Source: an uncultured Alphaproteobacteria bacterium (lineage in GTDB: Bacteria; Pseudomonadota; Alphaproteobacteria; Rs-D84). Taken from it: a stretch of 32,000 bases of DNA. A program made the translations under genes and the position numbers. A model generated the notes under the pieces. That model did not search any database and was not told where the DNA came from. It worked only from the letters and a program-made list of their open reading frames with translations. Positions 31,979-32,000 of the stretch are shown piece by piece. The number at the start of each line of letters is the position of its first letter. The first letter of the stretch is position 1. Location: positions 600,001 to 632,000 of the forward strand of contig OZ007020.1 in NCBI GenBank assembly GCA_963931495.1. Reading direction: 5' to 3'.

Positions 31979-32000
31979 AAAATCAGGTATTCAAGTGTTT
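31968..32000 (+). CDS. 5' end of next gene (MADKKSGIQVF...), identity not determinable; operon position suggests trmD
   Basis: ATG at 31968 with the SD AAAGGAA 6 nt upstream. Only 11 codons are in the window. The trmD guess is from the canonical rpsP-rimM-trmD-rplS order only. Confidence 0.3.
   Translation, partial: MADKKSGIQVF

Noticed and set aside
1-32000. CRISPR arrays, IS elements/transposases, integrases, phage genes, known defence or toxin-antitoxin modules
   Set aside because: I read both strands and saw no spaced direct-repeat array, and no DDE, tyrosine-recombinase or serine-recombinase motif. I also saw no nuclease/ATPase pairs typical of defence systems. The only notable repeats are the 22-nt inverted arms at 24663/24760, the duplicated junction at 31120/31960, and a 17-nt repeat in the rpsP tail.

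Overview
Gene-dense chromosomal segment that looks alphaproteobacterium-like and genome-reduced. That placement is an inference from DnaK and the TolA C-terminus, the S9/S16 extensions and a compact type-A RNase P RNA. It is mostly housekeeping. Left to right: a SlyB-like lipoprotein (partial), an orphan ORF, an OMP beta-barrel, thyA, tig, rplM-rpsI, argS and an EnvZ/OmpR-like two-component pair (all minus strand). Next comes a secreted orphan, then a plus-strand block of COG2945 hydrolase-ruvB-HD hydrolase-ybgC-tolQ-tolR-tolA. After that: rnpB (not in the ORF track), a Cys-rich secreted protein, secA, tadA/rsmD, rplY (L25/Ctc), dnaK, an accessory three-gene operon, pfk, a LysM protein-small ORF-ICMT methyltransferase operon, tRNA-Gly(CCC), gdh, a lipoprotein and rpsP...rimM. 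I saw no CRISPR array, transposase, integrase or phage gene. Two things deserve a second look. (1) A tight operon of two paralogous lipoproteins plus a 442-aa cysteine-rich exported protein (22370-24614). It lies behind a near-consensus promoter and a long palindromic, terminator-like leader, and an unlinked paralog of the Cys-rich protein sits at 14933-15481. (2) Three small Cys-containing ORFs interrupt the normally contiguous rpsP-rimM-(next gene) operon, and a near-identical ~25-nt overlap junction occurs twice. All functional calls rest on motifs read by eye and remembered family consensus; no database search was run.
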